DNA of 63,895 nt, the filler included, from Reticulomyxa filosa (Eukaryota > Protista > Foraminifera), in the NCBI GenBank assembly GCA_000512085.1. It is 23 parts of 23 records of this genome, joined end to end, with 100 filler letters (N's around TTAATTAATTAA, not from the genome) between each part and the next. Parts side by side here need not be neighbours in the genome. Positions count along the whole stretch, not along the records: positions 25,150 to 27,717 come from ASPP01023057.1; positions 27,818 to 33,093 come from ASPP01006097.1; positions 33,194 to 36,630 come from ASPP01022006.1; positions 36,731 to 39,256 come from ASPP01024695.1; 19 more parts are not named here. One strand, written 5' to 3'. Every line of letters starts with the position of its first letter. Position 1 is the first letter of the stretch. Positions 25,998 to 38,578 of the stretch are shown here, one piece after another. Made by a program: the position numbers and the translations under genes. The notes under the pieces are model-generated. The model had not been told where the DNA came from. It saw only the letters and a list, made by a program, of their open reading frames with translations, and ran no database searches.

Positions 25998-27233
25998 TTA
26001 GCTTTGAATAGTTTGATGTAACACTTGATTAATTTTGTCAGCGACTTTCAATTGAGTGTGTGTGAGTTTGCCCAGATATGCCAACATGAGCAAGTCTTGC
26101 AGCCTGTTGGAAAGCGCTTTTTCAAAGGCTTGTGGGGCAATGGTAGGAATGGCAGACAAGGCGTGAGCAATATCCCACCCCAAGGACGTGTGATCCAAAT
26201 GATTGGAATCTTTAGCAGACTGAACAAAATCGGAGACTTTGGCCAAAGTGTCAGTTAAATCTTGCAAAGTGTTTTCCAAATGTCCCAAATCGGACAACAA
26301 GGTCGAGGGAGCATCTAAGGATGTGTGATCAGGAGGCGTGTTCAAAGTGGTGTGCAACACAATCTCTTCCGCTTTCTCCATCGAGTACTCAATGACCACG
26401 GGTTCGAATTTCCAAAACGTCTCTTCCACTTGTGCACTTCGCGCAATATCGCTACTTTTTTTGGATTTCTTTTGTTTCCTCGGTTTGTTTTTTTTTTGTT
26501 GCTTTTCATCACTCCCATCTTCAACACCAACACCAGCATCATCACCTGCCTGTCGACGTGAAGCCATATGTAACTCCAAAGGATCTGCCACTGCGTTGCC
26601 CACATAGCCAGTGACACGCATTGTGTCGTCGATCAACTCGGTGTCCACCAACAGTTGCAATAACTCGTTGCTGTTTATCTTGCGCTTACTCGCAATCTTC
26701 ACCTCTTCGCCTTGCAACAACTTGTGCATCGACGGCTCTGGTGTCGTGCCTGTCTTGTACCAACCTACCAATTTGTCGTCTTTTGAGTGGCCTTGGGAGT
26801 GCAGTTCCACTACCGAACTATTTGGTCTGGTGGCAATGTTAGAGCGCCCTAGGTTAATGGATATATATATATATATATATGTATATGTGACATGTGTCTT
26901 AGTAAGAATCAAATATATATATATATACATATACATATATATATATATATTGTATATGTACATATATGTATACAATTGTTTTCGTTGGCTCATTGAATTC
27001 ACCTTTTTCGTTTGATAGACACAAAGGGGGAAACTGGATGTGACGCGAACACATGACTTTTCTTTTGCTCCAAACAACAGTCCAACGACAAAGTCGCAAG
27101 TGTCCAGCTCTGGTGATGGAGACTTGTCTGTTCGTCTTTGGAAGTGATTCAAAATCGACAAAACTACCAAAGGTGAAAGCTTATACTGCGCAGTTCTTGT
27201 ATTAAAAAATAATTGATCATTGTTTGTTGACAT
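25998..27233 (-). CDS. EIF3F: Eukaryotic translation initiation factor 3 subunit F (MPN domain), intron 26849-27002
   Basis: LSPLVVLSILNHFQRR...VVGLLFG...VRVTSSFP...VELH...LVGWY...FEKALSNRLQDLLMLAYLGKLTHTQLKVADKI; the (TA/TG)n intron is read through in the ORF track; the spliced model needs one extra T near 26816. Confidence 0.88.
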   Translation of the reverse strand: MSTNNDQLFFNTRTAQYKLSPLVVLSILNHFQRRTDKSPSPELDTCDFVVGLLFGAKEKSCVRVTSSFPLCVYQTKKVNSMSQRKQLYTYMYIYNIYIYMYMYIYIYLILTKTHVTYTYIYIYISINLGRSNIATRPNSSVVELHSQGHSKDDKLVGWYKTGTTPEPSMHKLLQGEEVKIASKRKINSNELLQLLVDTELIDDTMRVTGYVGNAVADPLELHMASRRQAGDDAGVGVEDGSDEKQQKKNKPRKQKKSKKSSDIARSAQVEETFWKFEPVVIEYSMEKAEEIVLHTTLNTPPDHTSLDAPSTLLSDLGHLENTLQDLTDTLAKVSDFVQSAKDSNHLDHTSLGWDIAHALSAIPTIAPQAFEKALSNRLQDLLMLAYLGKLTHTQLKVADKINQVLHQTIQS

Positions 27234-27817
27234 TATTTCTCCGATTTGTCAAGGGGAAGATCACACAAAGTTCCGTTTTTGAACCGTGAAACTAGAAAGA
27301 AGAGCCATACTACAGTGGAAAATCCACTGCCGGAATCAAATAGAAATCAACACAATATCTATAATGAATATATTTCACACATCTGAATTCTGACATGAAC
27401 TAAATTATTTTTCATTGAACGGTTTATCTTGACATATGCACAAATGATGTGTAACATTTATATTTGAGTTTACGACTTTAAAACGTTGATATAATTATAA
27501 CAATGAAATTCCACGAGTTTCATAGGTGTAATGTTCGCATTTTTTGAACTAAATTTTCACATACAGTAAAAATTAAGTCAAAAATTGTGAACCTTTTCAT
27601 TATCATTTTGTCTCATTACATTATCTTGGCATCAACGAATTTGCATGAAAAACGTACAAAATTTTCGATTACAAACATTAGAAATATTGAATTTCATTTA
27701 CAACAATAAAAGAAAGANNNNNNNNNNNNNNNNNNNNNNNNNNNNNNNNNNNNNNNNNNNNTTAATTAATTAANNNNNNNNNNNNNNNNNNNNNNNNNNN
27801 NNNNNNNNNNNNNNNNN

Positions 27818-27952
27818 TTATTATTATTATTATTATTATTATTATTGTTATTATTATTATTATTATCGTTATTATTATTATTATTGTTATTATTATTATT
27901 ATTATTATTATATTATCGTATTATTATTATTATTATTGTTATTATTATTATA
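27818..27952 (+). repeat. (TTA)n microsatellite, intronic
   Basis: About 45 TTA/TTG/TCG units ending at a TAG acceptor. Confidence 0.95.
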
Positions 27953-27953
27953 G

Positions 27954-29004
27954 AGAGCAAAAGAGGCTAAAATGGTGCTTGATCATTGGCTACGGTTATC
28001 ATGCGTCGAAATAGGATGGATTGATGAGTTTAACTCTCTCATTTTGCGAAACATTTGGGTATGCGTATTGGCTCGACATTTTTTTTTGGTGACGAAATAA
28101 AGTTTACAAAAAAAAATAAAAAAAATAGGCGGTGAAGTACTTCAAACTATTAAAACGAAACTATAAACATCCGATGTTCATGGACAGCGTCCAATTTTCA
28201 GTCGATGGGACCAAAGTTCTTGTGCCAGCACAGAACGAAATTCAATTATTTGGAGCGCAGATCCAATCTCTACGTGGACATTCCGAACTCGTCAATACTG
28301 CATACTTTTCATCCAATGGCAAAATGATCGTGTCATGTTCAAATGATCAAACAATTCGACTATGGGATGCCAATTCCGGCAAGGAAATAAAGAAATTCGA
28401 AGGACATGCTGGCCATGTGACAAGTGCAAGATTGTCACTCGATGGAAAAATGGTTGTTTCAATTTCAAAGGATTGCACAATTCGATTATGGGATGTGAAA
28501 TCTGGCGAAGAAATAAAGAGATTTTCACATTTGGAATGGATAAGCGATGTGCAATTTTCACCAAATGGTCAATATATTGTATCCTGTCCTTTTCATGAAA
28601 CAATCGATTTGTGGGATGTGCGCTTTGGAACAAAGATAAGTGAATTGTGCAGACATCGTAGACCTGTGAATCGAGCTCAATACTCTCCCGATGGAAAATG
28701 TATTGTTACCTGTTCCGCTGATTACATTATTCGAATATGGGATATAGCGTCACAAACAGAGATCAAACAATTCCAAGGACATTCCGATAACATTAACGAT
28801 GTGAAATTCTTCCCAGATGGCCAAACTATGGTGTCATGCTCAGATGATAGAACAATTCGATTATGGAATGTAAAATTTGGAACAGAAATACAAACACTAA
28901 GAGGATATCCTTCAAAAGTCATTGGAGTGGACGTTTCGCCTGATGGAAATACAATCGTATCTTGCACAGATCGAAAAATAATCCAGTTTTGGGGATTATT
29001 TTAA
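27954..29004 (+). CDS. WD40 repeat protein (SPDG-type, about 7 repeats) with an N-terminal HWxR/GWI helical exon
   Basis: Exon RAKEAKMVLDHWLRLSCVEIGWIDEFNSLILRNIW | AVKYFK..., then repeated GH...FSPDG..IVSCS.D.TIRLWD units. Confidence 0.92.
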
Positions 29005-29589
29005 TGAAAATTTTCACATCGGCTTCTCATGCATAAAAGAATATTTTTATTTGTGCGTTTTTTTTTTTTTTTTAGTTACATTTTTACTTCGATAACATTA
29101 AAACGAATCCTTAAAATCCGTAAATAAAATCACCATTATGCTCCATCACATGATATATGAAAATTTTTTTTTTGACCCATTTTGCATCGATGGAAGCATA
29201 AACGAGAAAAAGAAAAAGAAATTTCCGTAAAAAAAAAATGACCAAAAAAAAAATGACAAAACTTTGGAATTGGAAATATTATATAAACAAATTAATGACA
29301 TGAGGCCTGATGACCATGACAATAAAGTAGTAAAATACTAACGTAATAGCTCCCCATATCATTTGATAACAATACAGTATTATTGGATATATTCAACGTA
29401 TGATATTACATAAATATGATAAATGAAATTAGATTAAAGTAAGAATGTGCATGATGTTACATCACTTAGAATTATACAATTAACATAATTGGCATTAATA
29501 TTGCAAATGTTTGTGGAGAAATTTAAAATTGATTAAAATAATAATAATCACCGACATATTTTCAACAGACATACCCAAGTGATAATTGA

Positions 29590-30320
29590 TACTTGGTGTG
29601 GAATTTTCACCTTACAAAATCATGAAAACAAAAAAGATAAAGTAATGTGTTGATATGACCCATGATAACGGATATATTGTTTGTTCCCGATTACCGGATA
29701 ATATCATTCGTTTGTGGGATATTGAAACAACTAAAGAGTTAGCTTTTTTCAAGGACATGAAAATTGTGAATATGAAACAAATACAATAGTTCCAATGGGA
29801 ATTAATCAAAACAAGAATATGTGTGTATCTAAGGGACATTAAATCATGTATATACTGTTGAATATTTACCATTTTTGAGTAATGATAGTACACAAATTTC
29901 ACTAGATTAAAATGATTATGTCATCATCAAATGATAAAACAATGCCATCTGGTGAAAGATTGAAATAATTCAAAGGCCATTCTGAACGTATAATACGTAC
30001 AAAATCTTCTCCAGATAGTAAATTTATTGTATCCTGCTCATTAGATAACGCAATTCGAATATGGAATATTGAACCAGGGACATAATGGAAAATATTGAAC
30101 GAACATTCACACCACGTGAATGGTACAAAATATCTTCCGGACGGTCAAACAATTGTTTCATATTCAAGTGATAATACAATTCAATTGTGGAACGTAGAAT
30201 CAGCAAAGAAAATACAAATATTGAAGGATATTCTCAGCTATGAGATGTGTGGATGTCTCTCAAAATGGAAATTCAATTGTACAAGTTTCACAACTTGTAA
30301 AATTCGAGTTTGGGGATGAT
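29590..30320 (+). pseudogene. Decayed WD40 repeat gene
   Basis: Fragments DNIIRLWDIETTKELAFFKGH, FKGHSERIIRTKSSPDSKFIVSCSLDNAIRIWNIE and LPDGQTIVSYSSDNTIQLWNVES, separated by stops and frameshifts. Confidence 0.85.
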
Positions 30321-30865
30321 TGGTATTCACATAATACAAAATTTTTTTTTAATTTTTGTCACTCAGTCTATATAACTATGCAATTTTCATTTGGTGAAAG
30401 AGATCTAAGTAAATATGTTTGAAAGCATCATTTCAAAAATGAGCATATATTCTTTGCATAAAAACAGAAGTTCGTTTAATTTGTTAAGAGACATCCAATA
30501 GATCGTGCAACTGATATATATCATTTTCTGAATCCTTGGTGCTTAAAAAAAAATTTGACAAAGACTGAAATTTTTGAAAAAAACTAGTAAAGATAGAATA
30601 AAAAACTAAAATCTAAAACATACTTAAACTGATATGATTTGTGAAGATTTTTTTAAATGGATTAAATGTTGTTCTTATTAAAAAATAAATTATCTTTTTA
30701 TTAATTTATCTCTTCATTAAAAAAAACGCAGGCGTTCTTGAATTCTTTTTCATATCACAAAGTATTTTTGGCAATCCCCTTGTTGATCTTGCAAGAAAAA
30801 AGTTCCAACATTTTCCTCTTATCATCTAAAACTTGTTTTTTCTCTTGATCTAAAGAATTTGAAGG

Positions 30866-32246
30866 ATGGCTAGTCTTGACAATGAAAAACAAAGTTCAAT
30901 ACCATTGGTAATTCTCTTTCAATCTTTTAGAAAGCTGTTTGTCTTTACGTTTTTATTGAGCGTGATTTATGATTGAACCAGTCAGAAAAAGAAGAGATTG
31001 AAACAATTATCAGACATTGGGTTCGAGAATTGAAAATTAAATTGGGGTGGATCAACGATTTTGACAGACTTGTTGTCAAATATGTTATGTTTTTTTTTGT
31101 TTTTTGTTTGTTCCATTTCAACCAAATGTTTAAATATCTGTTTCACAGGCAGCTTCATTCTTCATGTTTGATACCTTTCGTTTATCATCCAAATCGCTCA
31201 AAATATTCACTGGACACACTAATTCTGTAAATAGTATTGATTATTCAACATTTGATGGTAGTCAATTTATTTGTTCTGGATCATATGATAGAACAGTTCG
31301 TGTATGGAATGTAGAGACCGCTAAAGAGACCAACATACTCACTGGACATTTATTTTCTGTATATTGTGTAAAATTTTCACCGTATCATTATTATAATTAC
31401 AGTCGTAATGTTATTTGCGCTTCATCAGATGACAAAAGCATCCGTTTCTGGGATATCAAAGATCATCGACCATTCCGAAGATTCAATGGACATTCTGAAG
31501 GTGTTCGCAACATTGAATTCTCACCATTTAATAATGGTCGATATTTTTGCTCTGGATCATGTGATAAAACAATTCGTTTATGGGATGTTGAAACATCTGA
31601 TACATTGCATGTTTTCAATGGACATAAAAATGTTGTTTATTGTGTTGATATTTCACCATTGCAAAGTAATAATAACAAGAAAGATAAAAGTAATAGTATT
31701 GGTGTGATTGGTGGTAATGGATATACTATGTGTTCTGGGTCATATGATACAACTATTCGTACATGGGATATTGAGATGACCAAACAATTGATCGTATTTG
31801 AAGGACATGATAACATAGTATGGAGTGTAAAATATGGATCAAATGAACTAGGAATTAGTGGTGGTGCAAATACAATATTATCTGGATCATCTGATACAAG
31901 TGTTCGTTTGTGGGATATGCGATCTGGTAAACAAATTCAAGTGTTCAATGGACATACAAATTCTGTATGGGCTGTTGAATATTCGCCATTTGTAGTAGAT
32001 AATGGAAAAGTTGGTGGAAGTTCAAATGTAATATGCTCTGGATCAAAAGATAATACCATTCGTTTTTGGGACATTCGATCAAATAAAAAACAATTGTATG
32101 TTGTAAAAGAAACTCATGGAGATAATATTGGAATAGTATGTCTTAAATTCCTACGATCAAACAATAACAAAAATAGTGATTATAGTCGTTGTGGTATTAA
32201 TTTGTGTTTTGGCTCATTCAAGGGTTTAATTCATATTTGGGGATAA
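30866..32246 (+). CDS. Intact WD40 repeat protein (GGNGYTxCSGS family), 3 exons, with an N-terminal HWxR/GWI helical exon
   Basis: MASLDNEKQSSIPL | SEKEEIETIIRHWVRELKIKLGWINDFDRLVVKY | AASFFMFDTF... then 7 WD repeats ending IHIWG*; both introns GT-AG, phase 0. Confidence 0.93.
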
Positions 32247-33329
32247 TATAATTTTCAACTACAAAAATGTTTAGTCGTTTTTTGTATATTAAATAAAGCA
32301 AATTTTCCCTTCTCTCATTAACGTTCTATTGCAACTATTTTTTTTGAAATATTTTTGAAGTCTTATTTTGACTTCAAAAATCGTTTGCTGATTCTGCTGT
32401 AATTGCGTGTTTCGCTTTTTTTTGTACAATATTCTAATAACAACACTTAAAAAGTGTTTTCTGGAATATAGCCATGTATTTTAGTTCCCAGATGTTACTT
32501 TCACATAATACAAAGTTTTTACACAATTGTCTCAAATACACCTTTTTCAAATCCTTGAAAACTTATTATGATTACAGCTTTTTCACATTTGTTATAGCAA
32601 ATCTCCGATCAGCTAATTGTATCAATTAAATTAGTAATATTTTTTATTCAACTAGTATGATAATATTCAATCAATTATGTGATAAAGACAAATATCTTAG
32701 TCTAGACAAGTTTGACGTTGTATTTATCCAAAAATTAACACAGTACGCTGATTCAACATGTAATATCCAATTTCCAGTAACTAAACTGACTTTGAGGCAA
32801 TATGTGCAAATCAATACGCAATTGCAAATGGCATGACTAAGAAGACTCCATGATTGGCCTGTGTGGTTGTAATCTGCAAATATGCAAGCGCTTTTATTAC
32901 TTACATATCCACTACAATATCCTTCCCTTTTCCAATATAGATTTGAAGACTTTTTTTAGATTTCTAAACTTGTATTCACACTATCAATATTTATCTTTTA
33001 TCAGTTTGCCTTCTTGTTGCTAATGAATGAAAGTTTTATATTTTTTTTTCAAAACTACTTTTACTTGCATTCAAATATGTAAGTTATTTAGTGNNNNNNN
33101 NNNNNNNNNNNNNNNNNNNNNNNNNNNNNNNNNNNNNTTAATTAATTAANNNNNNNNNNNNNNNNNNNNNNNNNNNNNNNNNNNNNNNNNNNNTATAATC
33201 ATAATATATGTTTTATGTGTTCAGTTTTCTTTGCAACCTACTGTATATGTATATATATAGTTAATATCTATTAATTAATAGATATGTAACGTTGCATGTG
33301 TGTCAAAGATGCAGTATGCCAATTGTTCA

Positions 33330-33834
33330 CAATCTATGTTATCAATCCTAAGGATACCAAAAAAAATAACTGAAAATTTACATCGCGATAACGAATTTGT
33401 GAAACTGTGTGGATACTTTTCCAATCGATTGCACAGTGTTTGAATGAATCCCACCATGAAGCAATATAAACTGTCAGGATTGAACAAAGGAACAACATCC
33501 ATGTAAGGGTTAGAAACAATATTCCAGTTTGCATTGACAACAGTGATGTGCAAGATTGTGTGATGGTGCACAAAGAGTCGACGACTATCATAATAAAGGT
33601 AAAACTGGTGGCGTTTTTGAAGGCACCAAAGTGCGACAATGGATTAATGACAAAACAGAACATTTCTTATTGGTTCCTAATGCACATCATCATGTGGAAA
33701 TTGAAACAAAATATCAACTTGTCATTGTTCAGGAAACAAATCCGCAAAATTTTATTGCTTACATTTTTCAAATTACAACAAAAATATATATCTTTCCTAT
33801 TTGTCCAAAAAGTTTTTTTTTCCCTTTTTCGTGA
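33330..33834 (+). CDS. Hypothetical protein 3' fragment (frame-disrupted)
   Basis: Coding-like composition; C-terminal beta-rich stretch FLLVPNAHHHVEIETKYQLVIV; family unknown. Confidence 0.25.
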
Positions 33835-35541
33835 GGGATTCTGTGATTGAATTCATTTATGTGATTTACTCCACCCACTTGCATTTGATCAGACTACTTT
33901 CTTTTATCTTATTGAATAGTTCGATACTGTATATCCGTATATCATTAAAGCGTTTTCTATTCTCATAAAAAAAACAATTTAGACCTTCTCAAAATTTTAT
34001 TTTGAATTTTCGGAATAAAAGAAATATGTCATCAAACAAAGCAATCCATTATGCTATTTTTCAAATTGATTTGAAAGGCCCTTTACAAAATCATTGTTAG
34101 CATTTATAAAGCTAAAAATAAAACAATGGAAAAAAAAAAGGCCAAGCAAAGAAAGAAAAAAGAGGATATAAATTGTATAAAACTCGACACAAAAATCTAA
34201 ACAAGCATTTATGAACAAATCAAAAAAAAGGATTCAAAAGAACCAGGGTTACAAGTAGTTTTTTTTAAAAAAAAAAGCGAAAATATTCAGAGGAAGAAAA
34301 AGCAAGCCAACAAACCAACAAACCAAATAATGCTTTAAAATAGAAAAAAAAATAAAATTTTTTTATTCCCAGACGAGACATTCCAGCTACCAGACTCGTA
34401 ACACTTTGATTAGATGTTATACTACATTGTTAGTTGAGTCTGTTATGAATTGCTTTTGTTTGGTTCTTTGAATCAAGTATAACTACTTCGCTTGGTATTT
34501 GCACTTGGTATCGCTGCAAATTCATTTTGTGACTTTATAAATGTGAGTTAAATTGTAGTGTTTTGATTTTTTCCACTGTTTGTCTAAAAGTAAACTTACA
34601 TTGCTTTAAAAGTCATGTTTCATTTGAATATGTTAGATTTTTCTTCGAGAGTTTTTGCAATTAAGCAATGCCTAAAAAGCAAACAATTGATTACTTGTCG
34701 TATGCCCTCAAAATGTAAGGATATTTGGAAAAATAACGAAGCAGTCTGTATTGCGTTTTCATTTTTATCTCAGTTGACTTGGTAACAACATTTAACAAAG
34801 ACATTCCACAAACATAAGGAATATTTATGTAATTTATTGAATCATGGCTTTGAAAACTTAATTTTTAAGAGGAAAATTGGTCGGTAAGTTTTGGGGAAAA
34901 TGAATTTCTGGATTTACTTGAGCTTTGGCAGTAGATGTATGGCCTTACCCAAAGAATATAAAAATTTTTGATTAAAGAAAACAAAATAACAGCCCCTGAA
35001 CAAATTATATAATATTTTTTTAGACATGTGTAGTTTGATTATTCTTTGACTAAAAAGTTTGGTAATAAGTACAAGATCTTATGAATTGGTGTTAAACTCG
35101 AACATTTATCCGCGAAAAGGCATCTTAACAAAATACACTTGTATTTAAGAAACAAGTATTTTAAGCAAAAATCGAGCTATCTATGTTTTGATGCAACAGA
35201 GCAATCTCAGTTCATAAAATTTCCTTTCCACTAAAAAAGTGCAGATGAAATGATGCTCATAAAAAATGAAAAAAGTAAGTTATCAATTGGCAGAGCAATG
35301 ATTATTGCACAACACAACGATTTTTTGAAAGTGATGGAAACATAACCCAAAAAAGAACTCATTTTATTTTAAACTCTCACTTTTTGACATCGTTTCTCAA
35401 CCTAAAAGCAAAAATTTAGATGTGAAATTTTGCAAGAGAGAAATTGAAAGCGATGGTGTTAGTATAGTAACATGATACAATGCTTGTTGAGGTCATATTT
35501 AAAAAGCATCTTTATATTAGTTTAGTTTTCACACCACCTGA

Positions 35542-35903
35542 TTAAACCCAAAATGGCTCCTTCCATTTCTCCATCCCATGGCCGAACTGTAAATTGAAAC
35601 AAACCAAAACAACAAGATGGATACTGAAACATGAACCAGAATTTTCTCAAAAAATTAGAAATATACCTCTTCGTCTCTGTTGAGGTACAATTTTCTGCCA
35701 AACACAAACACTCCAATAGCTCCTGTTAAGCTTGGGATATAGGCATGGGCCCACAGCAACCATTTCATTTCTCTTGGGGTCCAGCCTGGAAAAGGATGGC
35801 TAGTGTTAACGTTTTCATGAGCACCCGAAGGTGCTCTCATGCTTCTTTTTTGATGAAATGCCACACCAGATGGGACACGATGCAATAAACGTTGAAAATT
35901 CAT
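35542..35903 (-). CDS. Small single-TM protein with a mitochondrial-presequence-like N-terminus (about 93 aa; COX6A-like candidate), intron 35587-35666
   Basis: MNFQRLLHRVPSGVAFHQKRSM...KWLLWAHAYIPSLTGAIGVFVFGRKLYLNRDEE | FGHGMEKWKEPFWV*; an 80-nt GT-AG intron restores the frame. Confidence 0.55.
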
Positions 35904-36299
35904 TGCGGAATAAGTAAATTGATTTATTGCAATAATAATAAGTGAATTTCAAAAAGAAACTATTTCCTTGTTAGAAAAGTCTATTCAATAAATTATTTTT
36001 CGATTTTGTGCAAGTTTTTTTAGTACTTCTTGTGATATGTTAGTTTATTTTTATTGTATTAAAAAAAAAATAAAGAAACACTGCATTATTTTGTCACGAT
36101 TGGTTTTTTTTGCTATGGCAACGTCATGCCGGTGATACCAAATTGATTTTGTTGATTAAACCAACTTGTAAAACAAAAAACTGAGACAACAGACAAAAAA
36201 TATAGATAGCGGAATATAATTTTTTCCAGTTTTACCAAGTTCCTTTTTTATTAATTAAATTTCTCCATATATTTTTGCTCCATTAAAAAAGTAAAAAAG

Positions 36300-36560
36300 A
36301 TGGGGAATCAAACATCAGTGGAGGAGACTGCAAAACCAGAAGGAGATGGAGCAAATAAGTCAGCGGAGCAAGACAAAGACGAGCAAGACACAAGCACGAA
36401 GACAGAGGTGCAATCAGGGACAGAAAGTTTGCCCGAATACACAATGGCCGAGGTGGCCGTCCACAACAGCGAAGAGGCAGGTGTTTGGATAGTGCTTGAC
36501 AACTTGGTGTACGACGTGACATCATTTCTGCCGAAGCACCCCGGAGGCAAAGATTTGATT
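36300..36560 (+). CDS. Cytochrome b5-like heme-binding domain protein, first exon, N-myristoylation motif
   Basis: MGNQTS...EYTMAEVAVHNSEEAGVWIVLDNLVYDVTSFLPKHPGG (b5 HPGG motif); GTATGA donor; contig ends inside the intron. Confidence 0.92.
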
Positions 36561-38578
36561 GTATGATGTTGTATCCTTCTATTAATTTTAAAAAAAAAAA
36601 AAAAAAAAAAAATTTTTTTTTTTTTTTTTTNNNNNNNNNNNNNNNNNNNNNNNNNNNNNNNNNNNNNNNNNNNNTTAATTAATTAANNNNNNNNNNNNNN
36701 NNNNNNNNNNNNNNNNNNNNNNNNNNNNNNTTCATCAAATATATAATAATTTTTTTTTAATCATAAACGAAAACAAAAAAGAATGTAAATTCTTTCTTCT
36801 TTAAATTATTTTTATTTTATTGCAAAACTTCTATCAATAAAATCAACAATAAAAATTACATTTATTTAAAAATAAAATAAAATAAATTTAGATAATTAAA
36901 TACTTTAAAATAAATTAATAATTAGATAATATTACAATTAATTTATTCAATGTTCTTTAGCCTATTGATATAAATAAATTAAAATATGATCATTATAATA
37001 TATATGATGTATATAAAACAAATAATATCAAATGATAATAAAAAAATTATATTCTAATCATTATTAATTATTGATAAATAAAGAAATGTGATAATTTTTT
37101 TTTTTTTTAAAAAAAAAATAGTTTTTTTTTTGTTGTTGTTTTCAAGTTCCTTTGCATGGAGAGAAGAAGGTATTAATTCTTTCTTTTTTACAAGTTATGG
37201 AGTGTTTATAAACTTTGGTGTAAACAAAATTGCACCACAGAAAGTGGCACAAGAATGATTTCTTCTTTATGTATCTCATTCTTTCAATATAACAGAAATC
37301 TTACATTTTTTATTATATTTATGCGAATTCTCGTTTGAAAATAAATAATGATTTGTGTTAATAGATTTGCTCTTTTGCGATGGTGGCAAAAAATTATTGT
37401 TATTAATACTTTTTTTTAATCGACAATCGTAAAAAATAAAATAAAATAATTGTGTGATTAAAAAATCATTTTCCAAATGTTTATCATTTTTTTCTATTTA
37501 TGTATCTTCTTCTTCTTAAATATTTTGATCATGATAAAAAAAAAATAAAATAAAATAAAATAAATTCAAAGCTCATGTTTTTTATATTTCCATTAATTAC
37601 ATTCGATAATATTCTGTTTCATTATACAATATTCAATTTTCTTCTTCACAGTGTTATTTTTTATGCATTTTAAATCAATCCTTTTTTGCTATTTATTTCC
37701 TCTTATGCCGATATTTTCCTTGTAGCAACATCATAAGCCAATATTTAAAAAAAAATAAATAAATTAGAATGTTACAAATATCAAGAGTTTAATAATATGG
37801 AACTATTTTTCATTTTGATTATCTTACTCAAATATTAAGAGTCTTTTTTTCCTGTTTACTGTTAAAGAGTGACAAGTTATCTTGATAAAATATTTTGACA
37901 TAACAACAATTTTTGATCCAAATCCGAATTACAAATTTATTGATTTAAACCATTTGGAAAACATAGAATCAGCGAATTAAATATTTTTTCATTTGTCAAG
38001 TTTTTTTATATCTCATATTTAATCTTTTAATTATAATCAATTACAAATTAATTCAGGTCACAACTTCAGGATTACTCTATATTCTTCCAACTTGTATTCC
38101 ATTGTTTCATAATATAATACATTAATTCCTTTATATTGGTATTAAAATGACAACAAAAATAGATTTGTTCGTGTAAATAAGTTTTTGTGACTCTCAGCAT
38201 TTTGATAATAATAATGGAAATTGTTCAATGTAAAAACGTTGCTTCAATTTGAGGCAATTCTTGAAAAATTTTCAAATTAATTCCCAATAATATTTAGTTA
38301 TCATTGATTTGCTTGAAATATATAAATACTTTTTTTCTATTATCATTATATCTCTAAAGATAATAAATAATAATAATATTTCTAAGTATCATTTTTTATT
38401 ATATCTTTAAAAATCTTTTGTTGTAATATGATTAGATCATTCTCAATAAAAATACATAAATATTTTGATGTTTTTTCCAATTATATGCAAATAAAAAATA
38501 TATTTATATAAAATATCTTTTTTTATTGATTTTTGTTTTTGCAAAAGGGTAAAAACTCTTTCAAAAACATTATCAAAC

